From NCBI GenBank assembly GCA_016464795.1, contig JAEKNN010000030.1, positions 3,328 through 67,327 of the forward strand: a stretch of 64,000 bases of DNA, given 5' to 3'. This DNA is from Candidatus Amunia macphersoniae (lineage in GTDB: Bacteria; Chloroflexota; Dormibacteria; Aeolococcales; Aeolococcaceae). The position numbers and the translations under genes are program-made. The notes under the pieces are model-generated. The model ran no database searches, was not told the origin of the DNA, and saw nothing but the letters and a program-made list of their open reading frames with translations. Below, one piece after another: positions 31,396 to 39,912 of this stretch (positions are counted from its first letter, which is position 1; every line of letters begins with the position of its first letter).

Positions 31396-33109
31396 GCACC
31401 AGGTAGGCCAGCAGCGCCAGGGTCCACGGCATGTTGTGCCGGATGATCGCGCCCTCGTTGCGCACGTAGCGGCTCGTCGACACCCCGACGCTCGCCGTCT
31501 GCGGGGCCACCGGCTTGCCCACCTCCGCTCCCACCGAGTTCAGTGAGGGAAGCAGCAGCAACGGGAAGTGGAGCAGCTTGCCGACGGTGTTCTGGAACGC
31601 CCCGAACAGCGCGTTGGTCGAGGTGTTGCTGCCCGAGAGGGCCACGCCGATCCAGCCGAGGATCGGGGCGATCAGGATGAACGCGGTGCCCGCCTTGGAG
31701 AAGGCGAACGCAAGTGAGTTGCCGAGCCCCCCGAAGGTGAAGACGAACGCCAGCCCGAAGATCAGCACGCCGACGATCAGCGCACCCCACATCTGGTGGA
31801 AGGTGCGTGACGCGACCTCACGGAACTGCCCGGCCGAGGGACGCAGCAAGAGCAGCATCACGATCCAGGCGCTGGCGATCGCTGTCCCGGCGATGAACGG
31901 GGTGAAGTTGAAGACCGAGACCACCGTCTTGCCTGTCACCGACGACACCGCGCTGACGCTGGCCTTGGCGAGGCTGTAGGCGGGCAGGCGCGACCAGGGA
32001 CCGGTCCAGGCGACCACCACCGCGATGAGCACCAGGAACGGAAGCACCGCTCCGACGATCTGACGGGTGGCCAGCGGCTCCTCGCGGGGGCGGGCGTCCT
32101 CGGAGATGGGCACCCCGCCATAGCCGAGCACGGTGCGCGGCCGCCAAACCCGCAGGAAGAGCAGGGTGACGGTGAACGCGGTCAGCGCGCCCACCACGTC
32201 GGGGAGGTAAGGGCCGAAGAACTGGGAGACCGGGAACTGCCCGAGGATGTACCCGAATGAACCCACTATCGCCAGGGGCCAGCCGTCGCGCAGGCCGCGC
32301 CGGCCGCTCACCAGGTAGATGAGGATCCATGGCGGCAGCAGCGCGAGCACCGCGACGATGCGGCCAATCGATGCCGTCAGCGCGTTGAGCGACAGTCCCG
32401 TGACCGCCGCCAAGGAGATGATCGGTGCGCCCAGCGCCCCGAATGACACAGGAGCGTTGTTGGCGATCGCGGCGACCCGGATGGCATCGATCTCGACCAC
32501 ACCGAGACTGACGAGAATCGGCGCCACCACCGCCCAGGGATAGCCGAACCCGACAAGTCCCTCCAGGAGCGCGCCGAACGCCCAGGCCAGCAGGATGGTC
32601 TGGACCCGGATGTCGGCGGTGGCCTGGGAGACCAGCCAGCGCTGAAACGTGGGGAACACGCCGGTGACCATCAGGGTGTTGAAGATCACCACCCCCCAGA
32701 GCGTGATCCAGTCGACGGCGATGAGGCCGGTGAGGGCGCCGTACAGGAACGACTTGGCGGTGAGGTCGGCCGGCGCCTCCCAGAACGTGATCGCCAGCCC
32801 AACCGTCACCGCGGCGCCGATGATCGTGGCCACCCAGGCGCTGAGGCGGAAGACGGCGAGCAGGACCAGCAACACGATCACCGGCACCAGCGCCACCAGC
32901 GCGGTCAGCGCGAGGTTGCGCGCGGGATCCAGCACCTGATGAAACGCGGCGACGACCATGTGGTCCTCTCGGGTTCGACTGCTGAGCGACGGGATGATAG
33001 CCCAGGGTCACGTGCTCCTACGTCCCGCCCGCCTGCGGCCCCCGATCGACCTGCGCGACGCCTCCGCCCGGCGTCTGCTTTGCAGCGGCTACCCGCCGCT
33101 GGCGTTCGG

Positions 33110-34105
33110 CTACTGAGAGGGGAGTGTCGCGAGATCCGCGACGCGGCGGAGAGGCGTCGGCCGCCCCGGCGCGCTGACGCTCGGCGACCGCCACTCGCCA
33201 GAGGCCAGCACGTGGTCGACGAACCGCCGCGCCATCGGCGGCAGGTCGAGCTGCCCAACCAGGTGAAAGGGCCTGCTCAAGGGCGTGCCGGGAAGCGGCA
33301 CCTCGACGAGGCGCCCGCCCGCCAGTTCGGAGACGACAGTCTCCCGAGCCACCAGAGTCGCGCCCAGCCCCGCGACCGCGCCGGCGATGACGGCGCCGTG
33401 GGAGCCGAGGGTGAGACAGGGCGCATCGTTGCCGAGGGAGTGGAGGATGCTCTCGAGGGTCGCCCGCATCCCACTGCCGGGCTCGCGGAGCAGCCAGGCC
33501 GTCTCGTGCCCGCGCACCCCGTGCCGTCCGGGTGTGGCGACGATGACGAGATCATTGGCATGCACTGCGTAGGTCACCATGCCGGAGTCCAGTGGAGGCC
33601 GGCCGGCAACCGCAAGGTCGACATGATGGCCGCGCAGCCGGCTCCACACCCTGTTGCGCGGCGCCACCTCCAGCTCGACACCGACGTCGGGCAGCAGCCC
33701 GCGGAAACCGGCGAGCAGGTCTGGTAGGTGAACCTCGGCGACGCTGCTGACGGCGGCGATCCGCAACCATCCGCGGTCCGGGCTCGCCTCGCCCAGGGCT
33801 GCCATCGCCGCCGCCTCGAGCTCGCCGAGCAGGTGCCGCACACGTTCCGCGTACCGGACCCCCGCCGGCGTGAGCCTGACCCCGCGACCCGCCCTCTCGA
33901 TGAGCGCAGCGCCGATCTGCCGCTGCAGCGAAGCGACCGACGCCGAGACGGCGGACTCTGTGACATTGAGCTGCTCGGCGCCGGCTCGGACTGAGCCGAG
34001 CTCGGCCACAGCTGCGAAGGTGCGCAGCTGTCCGGCCGTGACCGCGAGCACGCTGTTGCGCCGAGCCCGGGAGAGGCTCCCCAGCGGTGGGCTGTCCGAC
34101 GACAT
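33110..34105 (-). CDS. LysR family regulator, actinobacterial CbbR-like
   Basis: LysR HTH (GSVR..AEQL.VTESAVS..GRGVRLT), GEASPDRGWLRIAAV, AVAGRPP, WLLREPGSG.R, LTLGSHGAVIAGAVAGLG and PGTPL.RPFH, all resembling mycobacterial CbbR. Confidence 0.8.
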   Translation of the reverse strand: MSSDSPPLGSLSRARRNSVLAVTAGQLRTFAAVAELGSVRAGAEQLNVTESAVSASVASLQRQIGAALIERAGRGVRLTPAGVRYAERVRHLLGELEAAAMAALGEASPDRGWLRIAAVSSVAEVHLPDLLAGFRGLLPDVGVELEVAPRNRVWSRLRGHHVDLAVAGRPPLDSGMVTYAVHANDLVIVATPGRHGVRGHETAWLLREPGSGMRATLESILHSLGNDAPCLTLGSHGAVIAGAVAGLGATLVARETVVSELAGGRLVEVPLPGTPLSRPFHLVGQLDLPPMARRFVDHVLASGEWRSPSVSAPGRPTPLRRVADLATLPSQ

Positions 34106-34197
34106 GGGGCGATCATTTCAAATCCTCAACTTGGAGTCGAGCGAAATCGGTGGCGAGGTATGAGCCAGGGCTCAACGATCAGTGCAGACATTCTTGA

Positions 34198-34226
34198 TTG
34201 ACACCCTGCAGAGCCCTCCATAGGCT
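34198..34226 (+). promoter_or_regulatory. Sigma70-type promoter for the small-membrane-protein operon
   Basis: TTGACA (34198-34203), 17 nt, TAGGCT (34221-34226). An ATCA-N13-TGAT inverted repeat at 34178-34198 abuts the -35 and is a candidate LysR site. Confidence 0.7.
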
Positions 34227-34377
34227 TGCGCTGACCTGCATGCCCCGGTGAGCGACTCGTTGTCGGGGTCACGCGGGTTGGGCAGACAGCCCAAGCGCTG
34301 CCGGTCAGACACCAGTGCCGGCGCACAAGAGAGTCGAGGAAGGCGCGTCGGACCTCACCAATTGGGAGGAGAGCACG

Positions 34378-34686
34378 ATGACCGACGCTGGGGTGGTCCA
34401 CCGCTGGCTGCTGGGCTTGGCCGCGGCCCTGATCGTGGTCATCATCGCGGCAACGCTCGTCCTGGTGATCGTCAACCACGCCAGGGCGATCCTCGTCTCG
34501 GTGACCCGCAGCCGGCACGCGGTCTCGCGGGTTCACTCCAACGTCGCCGCCATCGCTGAGCTGGGAGCCGCAGCCACCACCACCGACCGCATCCTGGCCG
34601 GCGCGCTGGGCATCGAGGCCAAGGTCCACCTGGTCGCCGATGCCCTCGAGCGAACCAACGTGCCGGCCGGGCGGGGAGGGCGCTGA
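34378..34686 (+). CDS. Uncharacterised single-TM coiled-coil protein 1 (102 aa)
   Basis: RBS GGAGGAG; N-terminal TM WLLGLAAALIVVIIAATLVLVIV, then a heptad helix. Confidence 0.8.
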   Translation: MTDAGVVHRWLLGLAAALIVVIIAATLVLVIVNHARAILVSVTRSRHAVSRVHSNVAAIAELGAAATTTDRILAGALGIEAKVHLVADALERTNVPAGRGGR

Positions 34687-34688
34687 GC

Positions 34689-35066
34689 ATGCAGACGTCC
34701 GCGCAGAGCCAGCTGCTGTGGTGGCTGGCCCTCGCCACCGGGGCCCTGGTGATCATCGTCGTCGCCACCCTGTTGACGCTGGTGCTCACCGAGGCGAGCG
34801 CCATCGCTGAGGAAGCGCAGATCATCAGCCACAAGGCCAGGAGCGTCAGCCTCGCGACCATCAAGCTTCTCTACGCGCTCCGGATCAACTCCGCCCTCAC
34901 CGGCGTGGGCGACGGGGCCGGAGCCATCCTGCGCCAGGCGGGGCGTGTTGTTGTGCACGTGCAGTCGTGTCCCGGCTGCCCCAATTGCCGATCGCCGCGC
35001 GAGCTGCAGCCATCCGCTGTCAGGCCGAAGGGGCCGGGGCCGCCCGGCCCGTCGAGCTGGACATGA
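34689..35066 (+). CDS. Uncharacterised single-TM coiled-coil protein 2 with H-x3-CPGCPNC (125 aa)
   Basis: TM WWLALATGALVIIVVATLLTLVL; INSALT; HVQSCPGCPNC. Confidence 0.8.
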   Translation: MQTSAQSQLLWWLALATGALVIIVVATLLTLVLTEASAIAEEAQIISHKARSVSLATIKLLYALRINSALTGVGDGAGAILRQAGRVVVHVQSCPGCPNCRSPRELQPSAVRPKGPGPPGPSSWT

Positions 35067-35347
35067 TCGTTCTGCTCATGGTGCTCACTGCCCTCTTGAC
35101 AGTCGTGTTCTTCGTCGTGCTGCTGCGCTTCCTAGCGGCCATTGCCGCCCGCCTGCACTCGATCGGCGGCTCCTTGGGGCAGATCAACGTTGAGGTAGCA
35201 GGCGTCCAGGGACACACCTCCTTCATCACACCGGAGCTGACCAAGCTCAACAACGGGCTCGGCAGTGCCAACGCGGGCCTGGCCGCCGTCGACGGCGGTC
35301 TGGTCGCTCTGGCGGAAGCGGCCGTCGCCCAGAGGGGATACCGATGA
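35063..35347 (+). CDS. Uncharacterised single-TM coiled-coil protein 3 (94 aa)
   Basis: ATGA overlap; TM followed by ...VQGHTSFITPELTKLNNGL. Confidence 0.8.
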   Translation: MIVLLMVLTALLTVVFFVVLLRFLAAIAARLHSIGGSLGQINVEVAGVQGHTSFITPELTKLNNGLGSANAGLAAVDGGLVALAEAAVAQRGYR

Positions 35348-35664
35348 TCGCCGACGACGGGCAGTACACAGCAGTCCTGGTGATCTGGACGCTCCTTCTC
35401 GTTCTGGTGGTGCTCGTGCTGCTCCCGGCCAGCCTGTTGGCGGCGGCCCGCCTGGTCAGGTCTGCGCGCAGGGTCGACGCACGGTTGGCCGCGACCCTGA
35501 AGGCCGCGACGGCCATCGTCGACAACACCGCACCCACCCGCGGCCTGCTCGATACGACCATCCGGTCGGCCAGCGACGTGCTGGCGACTGTGCGCGGCAT
35601 CGACCAGCACGCCGGCGCCACCGAGGGCGTCCTGGTCAGGCGTGCCGCCGGCGCGAAGTCGTGA
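35344..35664 (+). CDS. Uncharacterised single-TM coiled-coil protein 4 (106 aa)
   Basis: ATGA overlap; TM followed by ...AIVDNTAPTRGLL. Confidence 0.8.
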   Translation: MIADDGQYTAVLVIWTLLLVLVVLVLLPASLLAAARLVRSARRVDARLAATLKAATAIVDNTAPTRGLLDTTIRSASDVLATVRGIDQHAGATEGVLVRRAAGAKS

Positions 35665-35951
35665 GCCTCGACAGCTGGGACAGCGTTCTGACGATCGTTT
35701 CGATGGTCGTCGCCTCGATCCTTGCCATCGTGCTGGCGGTCACCCTGGTGTTGACCGCCGCGGCCCTTGGACGGGTCCGCCGCGCGGCTGCGCAGCTCCC
35801 CGGCGGGCTCGAGGCCGCCGCCGACAACACCGCCAGCCTGCCCGACCAGATCCCCACCATCAACAGCGCCTTGACCGCCATCCAGGATGGCCTCGACTCC
35901 GTCGACACCAGCGTCCTCGGCATCGCGCGCGCCTACGGCCTGGTGCGCTGA
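35661..35951 (+). CDS. Uncharacterised single-TM coiled-coil protein 5 (96 aa)
   Basis: GTGA overlap; TM followed by ...AAADNTASLPDQIPTINSALT. Confidence 0.8.
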   Translation: MSLDSWDSVLTIVSMVVASILAIVLAVTLVLTAAALGRVRRAAAQLPGGLEAAADNTASLPDQIPTINSALTAIQDGLDSVDTSVLGIARAYGLVR

Positions 35952-35961
35952 GGGTGACGCC

Positions 35962-37551
35962 ATGACTCGTCGCGCGGAGCGCAATTTCAACACGTTGTCC
36001 TGGTCAGTGGTGGTGTTCGTCGGCCTGGTCGTGATCACGCTCGTCCTGGCGCTGCAGCTCTTTCCCCGCCTGAGCAGCGGCCAGCGGGTCCTCGACGGCG
36101 CGCGTCCCGCATTCACCGACGAGCGCGTCGCCGGCGACGTCGCAGGAGTCAAGATGGTGTCGAACATCGTCGACCTCGCCGACCCGCTGGTCAGGGATCC
36201 GCGGACAGCGCCCGAGGTCACCGGGCTCATCGCCTATGTGTCACAGCAGACCGGCCTTCCCCAAGCTGCTGTTGTCAGCGCGCTGCAATCCAAGTTCCCC
36301 CACTCGTTGGCACTGCTGCAGGCGATCCCACTGCAATCGGTCAGCGCTGAGCTCCCTCAGCTGATCGCGTTCGTGGCGAGCCATTCCACGCTCACACCCG
36401 TGGCTCTCCTCGCCGCCCTCAACCAGAACTTCCCTCACCTCGCCCAAGCGATCAATGCCCTGCCACGCATGACCTCAGGCTGGAACAACGTACCGGGCAC
36501 GGCTGGCGTGACCCGGTTCGACGGCTCGCCGGTGACCACCGTCCCGCAGGTGCGCGACTACCTTGCCGGCGATGTGGTCGGCGCTGTCCAGAGCCAGCGG
36601 GCCAACTTCCAGACGCTGGACCGCACCTCGCCCGGGCTTGTTGTCATCCCCGCGGTGCTGCTGGCGATCGGGATCATCGCCACCCTGTACGGACTGGTGA
36701 TGCTTCTGGCCCTGCGGCGGGTCGGGGTGCTCGATACGGGCAGCCGTGAGCGCCGGCTCACACTGGGCGCGTGGGCAGTCGTCGGCGTGGTCGGGATCAT
36801 CGTGCTCGCGCTCGTCCCCATCTGGTCTCTGGTCGGGCGTCTCGACGCCGGCCAGTCAGTGCTCGACAACCTCCGGCCCGCATTCACCGACGCCCGAGTC
36901 GCGGGCGATGCGGCCGGCGTGAGCATGGTCTCGACCATCGTCGACGTGGCCGATCCGATCGTCCTCGAGTCGGGTGGAGCCGCCTCCGAGGTGCCCAAAC
37001 TGGTGAGCTTCGTGGCCACGGCCACGGGTTTGTCTGCTGCCCAGGTCCTGTCTGCCATCCAGCAGAACTTCCCCCACGTCTACGGGCTGCTCAACGCCAT
37101 CCCGCTGGAGTCGGTCACTGCCGAGCAGTCTGGGCTGACCACCTTCCTGACCACCACTTTGAAGATCACGCCCGACCAGTTGAACGCCGCCCTGCAGAAG
37201 AATTTCCCGCAGATCGCACAGAGCCTGGCGGTGCTCCCTGCGGTCACCGCCGGATGGGCCAACGTGCCCGGTACCCAGAATCTCACAAGGTTCGACGGGA
37301 CCCCGGTGCGATCGGTGACGCAGGTGCGCAACTACTTCGCGCTCGACGTGGTTCCGGCTCTGCAGACGACGCGAGCCGACTTTCAACGGCTCGATGGTTT
37401 GCCGCCGCCGGTCACCTGGGTCCCGCCACTTCTCCTCATCGCCGGTGGCCTCGTCCTCTACTACTCCCTGGTGATGATGTACATCTGGCGGCCTCGACCG
37501 CGAGGCTCGCCGGCGGTCGATAGGTCCGCCAATCGGGCACCTGCAGCGTAG
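35962..37551 (+). CDS. Uncharacterised 4-TM membrane protein made of two tandem TM-loop-TM modules (529 aa)
   Basis: Two ~250-aa repeats share GQxVLD..RPAFTDxRVAGD.AGV.MVS.IVD.ADP, FPH..L.AIPL.SV.AE and GW.NVPGT..TRFDG.PV..V.QVR.Y. Confidence 0.85.
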   Translation: MTRRAERNFNTLSWSVVVFVGLVVITLVLALQLFPRLSSGQRVLDGARPAFTDERVAGDVAGVKMVSNIVDLADPLVRDPRTAPEVTGLIAYVSQQTGLPQAAVVSALQSKFPHSLALLQAIPLQSVSAELPQLIAFVASHSTLTPVALLAALNQNFPHLAQAINALPRMTSGWNNVPGTAGVTRFDGSPVTTVPQVRDYLAGDVVGAVQSQRANFQTLDRTSPGLVVIPAVLLAIGIIATLYGLVMLLALRRVGVLDTGSRERRLTLGAWAVVGVVGIIVLALVPIWSLVGRLDAGQSVLDNLRPAFTDARVAGDAAGVSMVSTIVDVADPIVLESGGAASEVPKLVSFVATATGLSAAQVLSAIQQNFPHVYGLLNAIPLESVTAEQSGLTTFLTTTLKITPDQLNAALQKNFPQIAQSLAVLPAVTAGWANVPGTQNLTRFDGTPVRSVTQVRNYFALDVVPALQTTRADFQRLDGLPPPVTWVPPLLLIAGGLVLYYSLVMMYIWRPRPRGSPAVDRSANRAPAA

Positions 37552-37620
37552 CCGCGCGCGGCTTCGTCGAACAGGTCACTGCGTCCTTCGGCGTGGTCTC
37601 CTAAAAACCCCTCGGGTCGT

Positions 37621-38793
37621 TCAACCGGCGTCGGCCGAGACCGAGGCAGCGAGATCCACCAGCCGGCGCAGACCCTCGCTCACCGCCGCGGCCGGCGAGG
37701 CCAGGGAGACGCGCAGGAACCCCTCACCGCGCTCACCGAATGCCGAGCCCGGCGCCACCGCCACGCCAAGCTCGTCGAGCAACCGCATCGCCAGCACGCG
37801 CGATGGGATCCCGGTGCTGCGGACGTCGACCCACAGGTAGAACGCGCCCTGGGGCGTGAATGCTTGCAACGGAGACCCCTCGAGCACCGAGAGCGCCAGC
37901 TCGCGCCGCTCCAGGTACGCATCGCGCATTGCCCGCACAATCTCCTGGGGCCCGGTCACCGCGGCCAGCGCCGCGTGCTGGGTTGGCGTGTTGACGCAGG
38001 AGATGAGCGGTTCCTGGCACTTTGCCAGCGTCGCCGAGAGCTCCCGAGGCGCGACCGCATACCCGATTCGCCAGCCGGTCATCGCGTACGTCTTCGAGAA
38101 GCTGTACACCGAGACCACTCGCTCTGGGGAGATCGACGCCGGGCTGACGAAGCTGCCGTCGAAGCTGATCTCGTCGTAGCACTCGTCGGAGACCAGCCAG
38201 AGGCCGTGGCGGTCGGCAAAGTCGAGCAGCTCGGTCATGCGGGCCCGGTCGATCACAGCGCCGAGCGGGTTCGACGGCGAGTTGACGACCATGACCGAGG
38301 TGCGCTCGCTGACCAGCTGCTCCAACGTGTCCACCGTGGGCACGAAGCCCGATTCCAACGTCAGCGGATAGCTCACAGCAGTGAGGTTCAGCAACCGCGC
38401 CATCATCAGGAAGTTCGGCCACGCCGGGTCGGGCAGGAGGATCTCGTCGCCCGGGCATGTCAATGTCAGCAGCGCCGCGTAGATCGCCTCCACCCCTCCC
38501 TGGGTGACGATCGTCTGCTCAGGCGCAACCAGGTAGCCGTTGCGCTCGCGCACCTTCTCGGCGAGTGCCTCGCGCAGCGGCGGGATCCCTGCGCTCGGCA
38601 TGTACCCGGTGTGGCCCTCCAGCGCGGCGACGTGTGCGGCCTCGACGATGTGCGCCGGCGTCGGGAAGTCCGGTTCGCCCACCTCCAGGCGAAGCACATC
38701 GGGCCGTCCCCACGCCGCGTCCATGATCTCGCGGATGCCCGACCGCGCCATGCCGGTGACCGCCGGGTTCAGGCGTGACGACTTGGTGCTCAC
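37621..38793 (-). CDS. Class I/II PLP aminotransferase (AspC-like)
   Basis: GEPDFPTP, NSPSNPLG, SDECY and SFSKTYAMTGWRIGY motifs. Confidence 0.92.
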   Translation of the reverse strand: MSTKSSRLNPAVTGMARSGIREIMDAAWGRPDVLRLEVGEPDFPTPAHIVEAAHVAALEGHTGYMPSAGIPPLREALAEKVRERNGYLVAPEQTIVTQGGVEAIYAALLTLTCPGDEILLPDPAWPNFLMMARLLNLTAVSYPLTLESGFVPTVDTLEQLVSERTSVMVVNSPSNPLGAVIDRARMTELLDFADRHGLWLVSDECYDEISFDGSFVSPASISPERVVSVYSFSKTYAMTGWRIGYAVAPRELSATLAKCQEPLISCVNTPTQHAALAAVTGPQEIVRAMRDAYLERRELALSVLEGSPLQAFTPQGAFYLWVDVRSTGIPSRVLAMRLLDELGVAVAPGSAFGERGEGFLRVSLASPAAAVSEGLRRLVDLAASVSADAG

Positions 38794-38796
38794 GCT

Positions 38797-39912
38797 TCAG
38801 CCACCGACCACGCGGAGGTGATACAGCTCACGCGCATTTCGTTCGAAGATGCGCTCACCTGTCTCATCCAGCCAGGCCGCGCTCACCGAGCCCGCCAGTC
38901 GTTCGCGTACCGTCCGCCACGCGTCGCGAAGCACCACGCAGCCGAACCAGTGGCTCTCCGGGAGTCCGTGGCCATCGCTGCCCAGGGTGATGCGCGCTGT
39001 CGGCGCCACATCGAGCAGTCGGAGCAGGCGGTCGGCGGTGGTGGCAGGGCTGAAGAGGTTGCAGAGCGAGTACTCAGTCCACACGCGTGGCCGAACCGAC
39101 GCCAGGTATCCGGCCTGCTCGTGCCACGGGTAGGAGGCGTGGATGAGCACGACATCGACGCTCGAGCCGGCCGGAGTGCGCAGCACCTCATCGAGCAACA
39201 GCGGATCGGACTCGGCCAAGCGGATCTCGGAGTCGCCCATCCCGGTGTGCACCTGCAGCGGCAGGCCGGCATCCGCGCACCGTTCCAGGACTCGGTGGAA
39301 CAGCAGGTCGCGCAACGCCTTGCCGCTGCGTCGCAGCGCCACGCCGGCGGTGCGGTCGGCCGCCAGACCGCGCTCCGCCTTCTCGAGAGTCGCGTCGGGA
39401 TCCACCGCGAGACCGGTGCGGTAGGCGAGCACTGTCTTGAAGCCCACTGCACCGTCGGCCACCGCCTTGCCCATGTACGTGTCGACGGCGTCGACCACCT
39501 CCGCGGCGTCGGCACCCTCCTCCAGCAGCCGATCGACGACTGGCTCGAGGCGGGCGAGCTCCCACACCGGCACACCGGCCACCTCGGCGTAGCGCGCCGC
39601 GTCCCCCGGCGCAAGACCCTGCCAGCCGGCGTCCAGCACCATCCCCGTGATGTCGGCGTCGGCGAAGAGGGCACGAACGTAGCCGCTCCAGTCGGCACGC
39701 GCGCCGTCATCGCGCGCCGACACCGCGTCCGCCGGCTCGACCCCGAGGCGACGCGCCACGCGGATGCGAAGCATCTCCACTGCCAGCCGCGCCGGTTGCA
39801 GCGCCAGCCGTCGCTGATCGCCGTTCGGCCCCCCCTCCACGTCCAGGCTGAACCCGCTCAGGTCCAGGGGTGTGAACGCCAGAGGGAAGGGATGGGCGTG
39901 GTCATCGATCAC
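38797..39912 (-). CDS. Amidohydrolase family protein (Amidohydro_2, FluG-N-like)
   Basis: IDDHAHP, FKTVLAYRTGL, QVHTGMGD, HASYPW and GSDGH motifs. Confidence 0.88.
   Translation of the reverse strand: MIDDHAHPFPLAFTPLDLSGFSLDVEGGPNGDQRRLALQPARLAVEMLRIRVARRLGVEPADAVSARDDGARADWSGYVRALFADADITGMVLDAGWQGLAPGDAARYAEVAGVPVWELARLEPVVDRLLEEGADAAEVVDAVDTYMGKAVADGAVGFKTVLAYRTGLAVDPDATLEKAERGLAADRTAGVALRRSGKALRDLLFHRVLERCADAGLPLQVHTGMGDSEIRLAESDPLLLDEVLRTPAGSSVDVVLIHASYPWHEQAGYLASVRPRVWTEYSLCNLFSPATTADRLLRLLDVAPTARITLGSDGHGLPESHWFGCVVLRDAWRTVRERLAGSVSAAWLDETGERIFERNARELYHLRVVGG

Noticed and set aside
37550-37563. Palindrome AGCCGCGCGCGGCT after the duplicated membrane protein
   Set aside because: Short, no clear U-tract; too weak to call a terminator.
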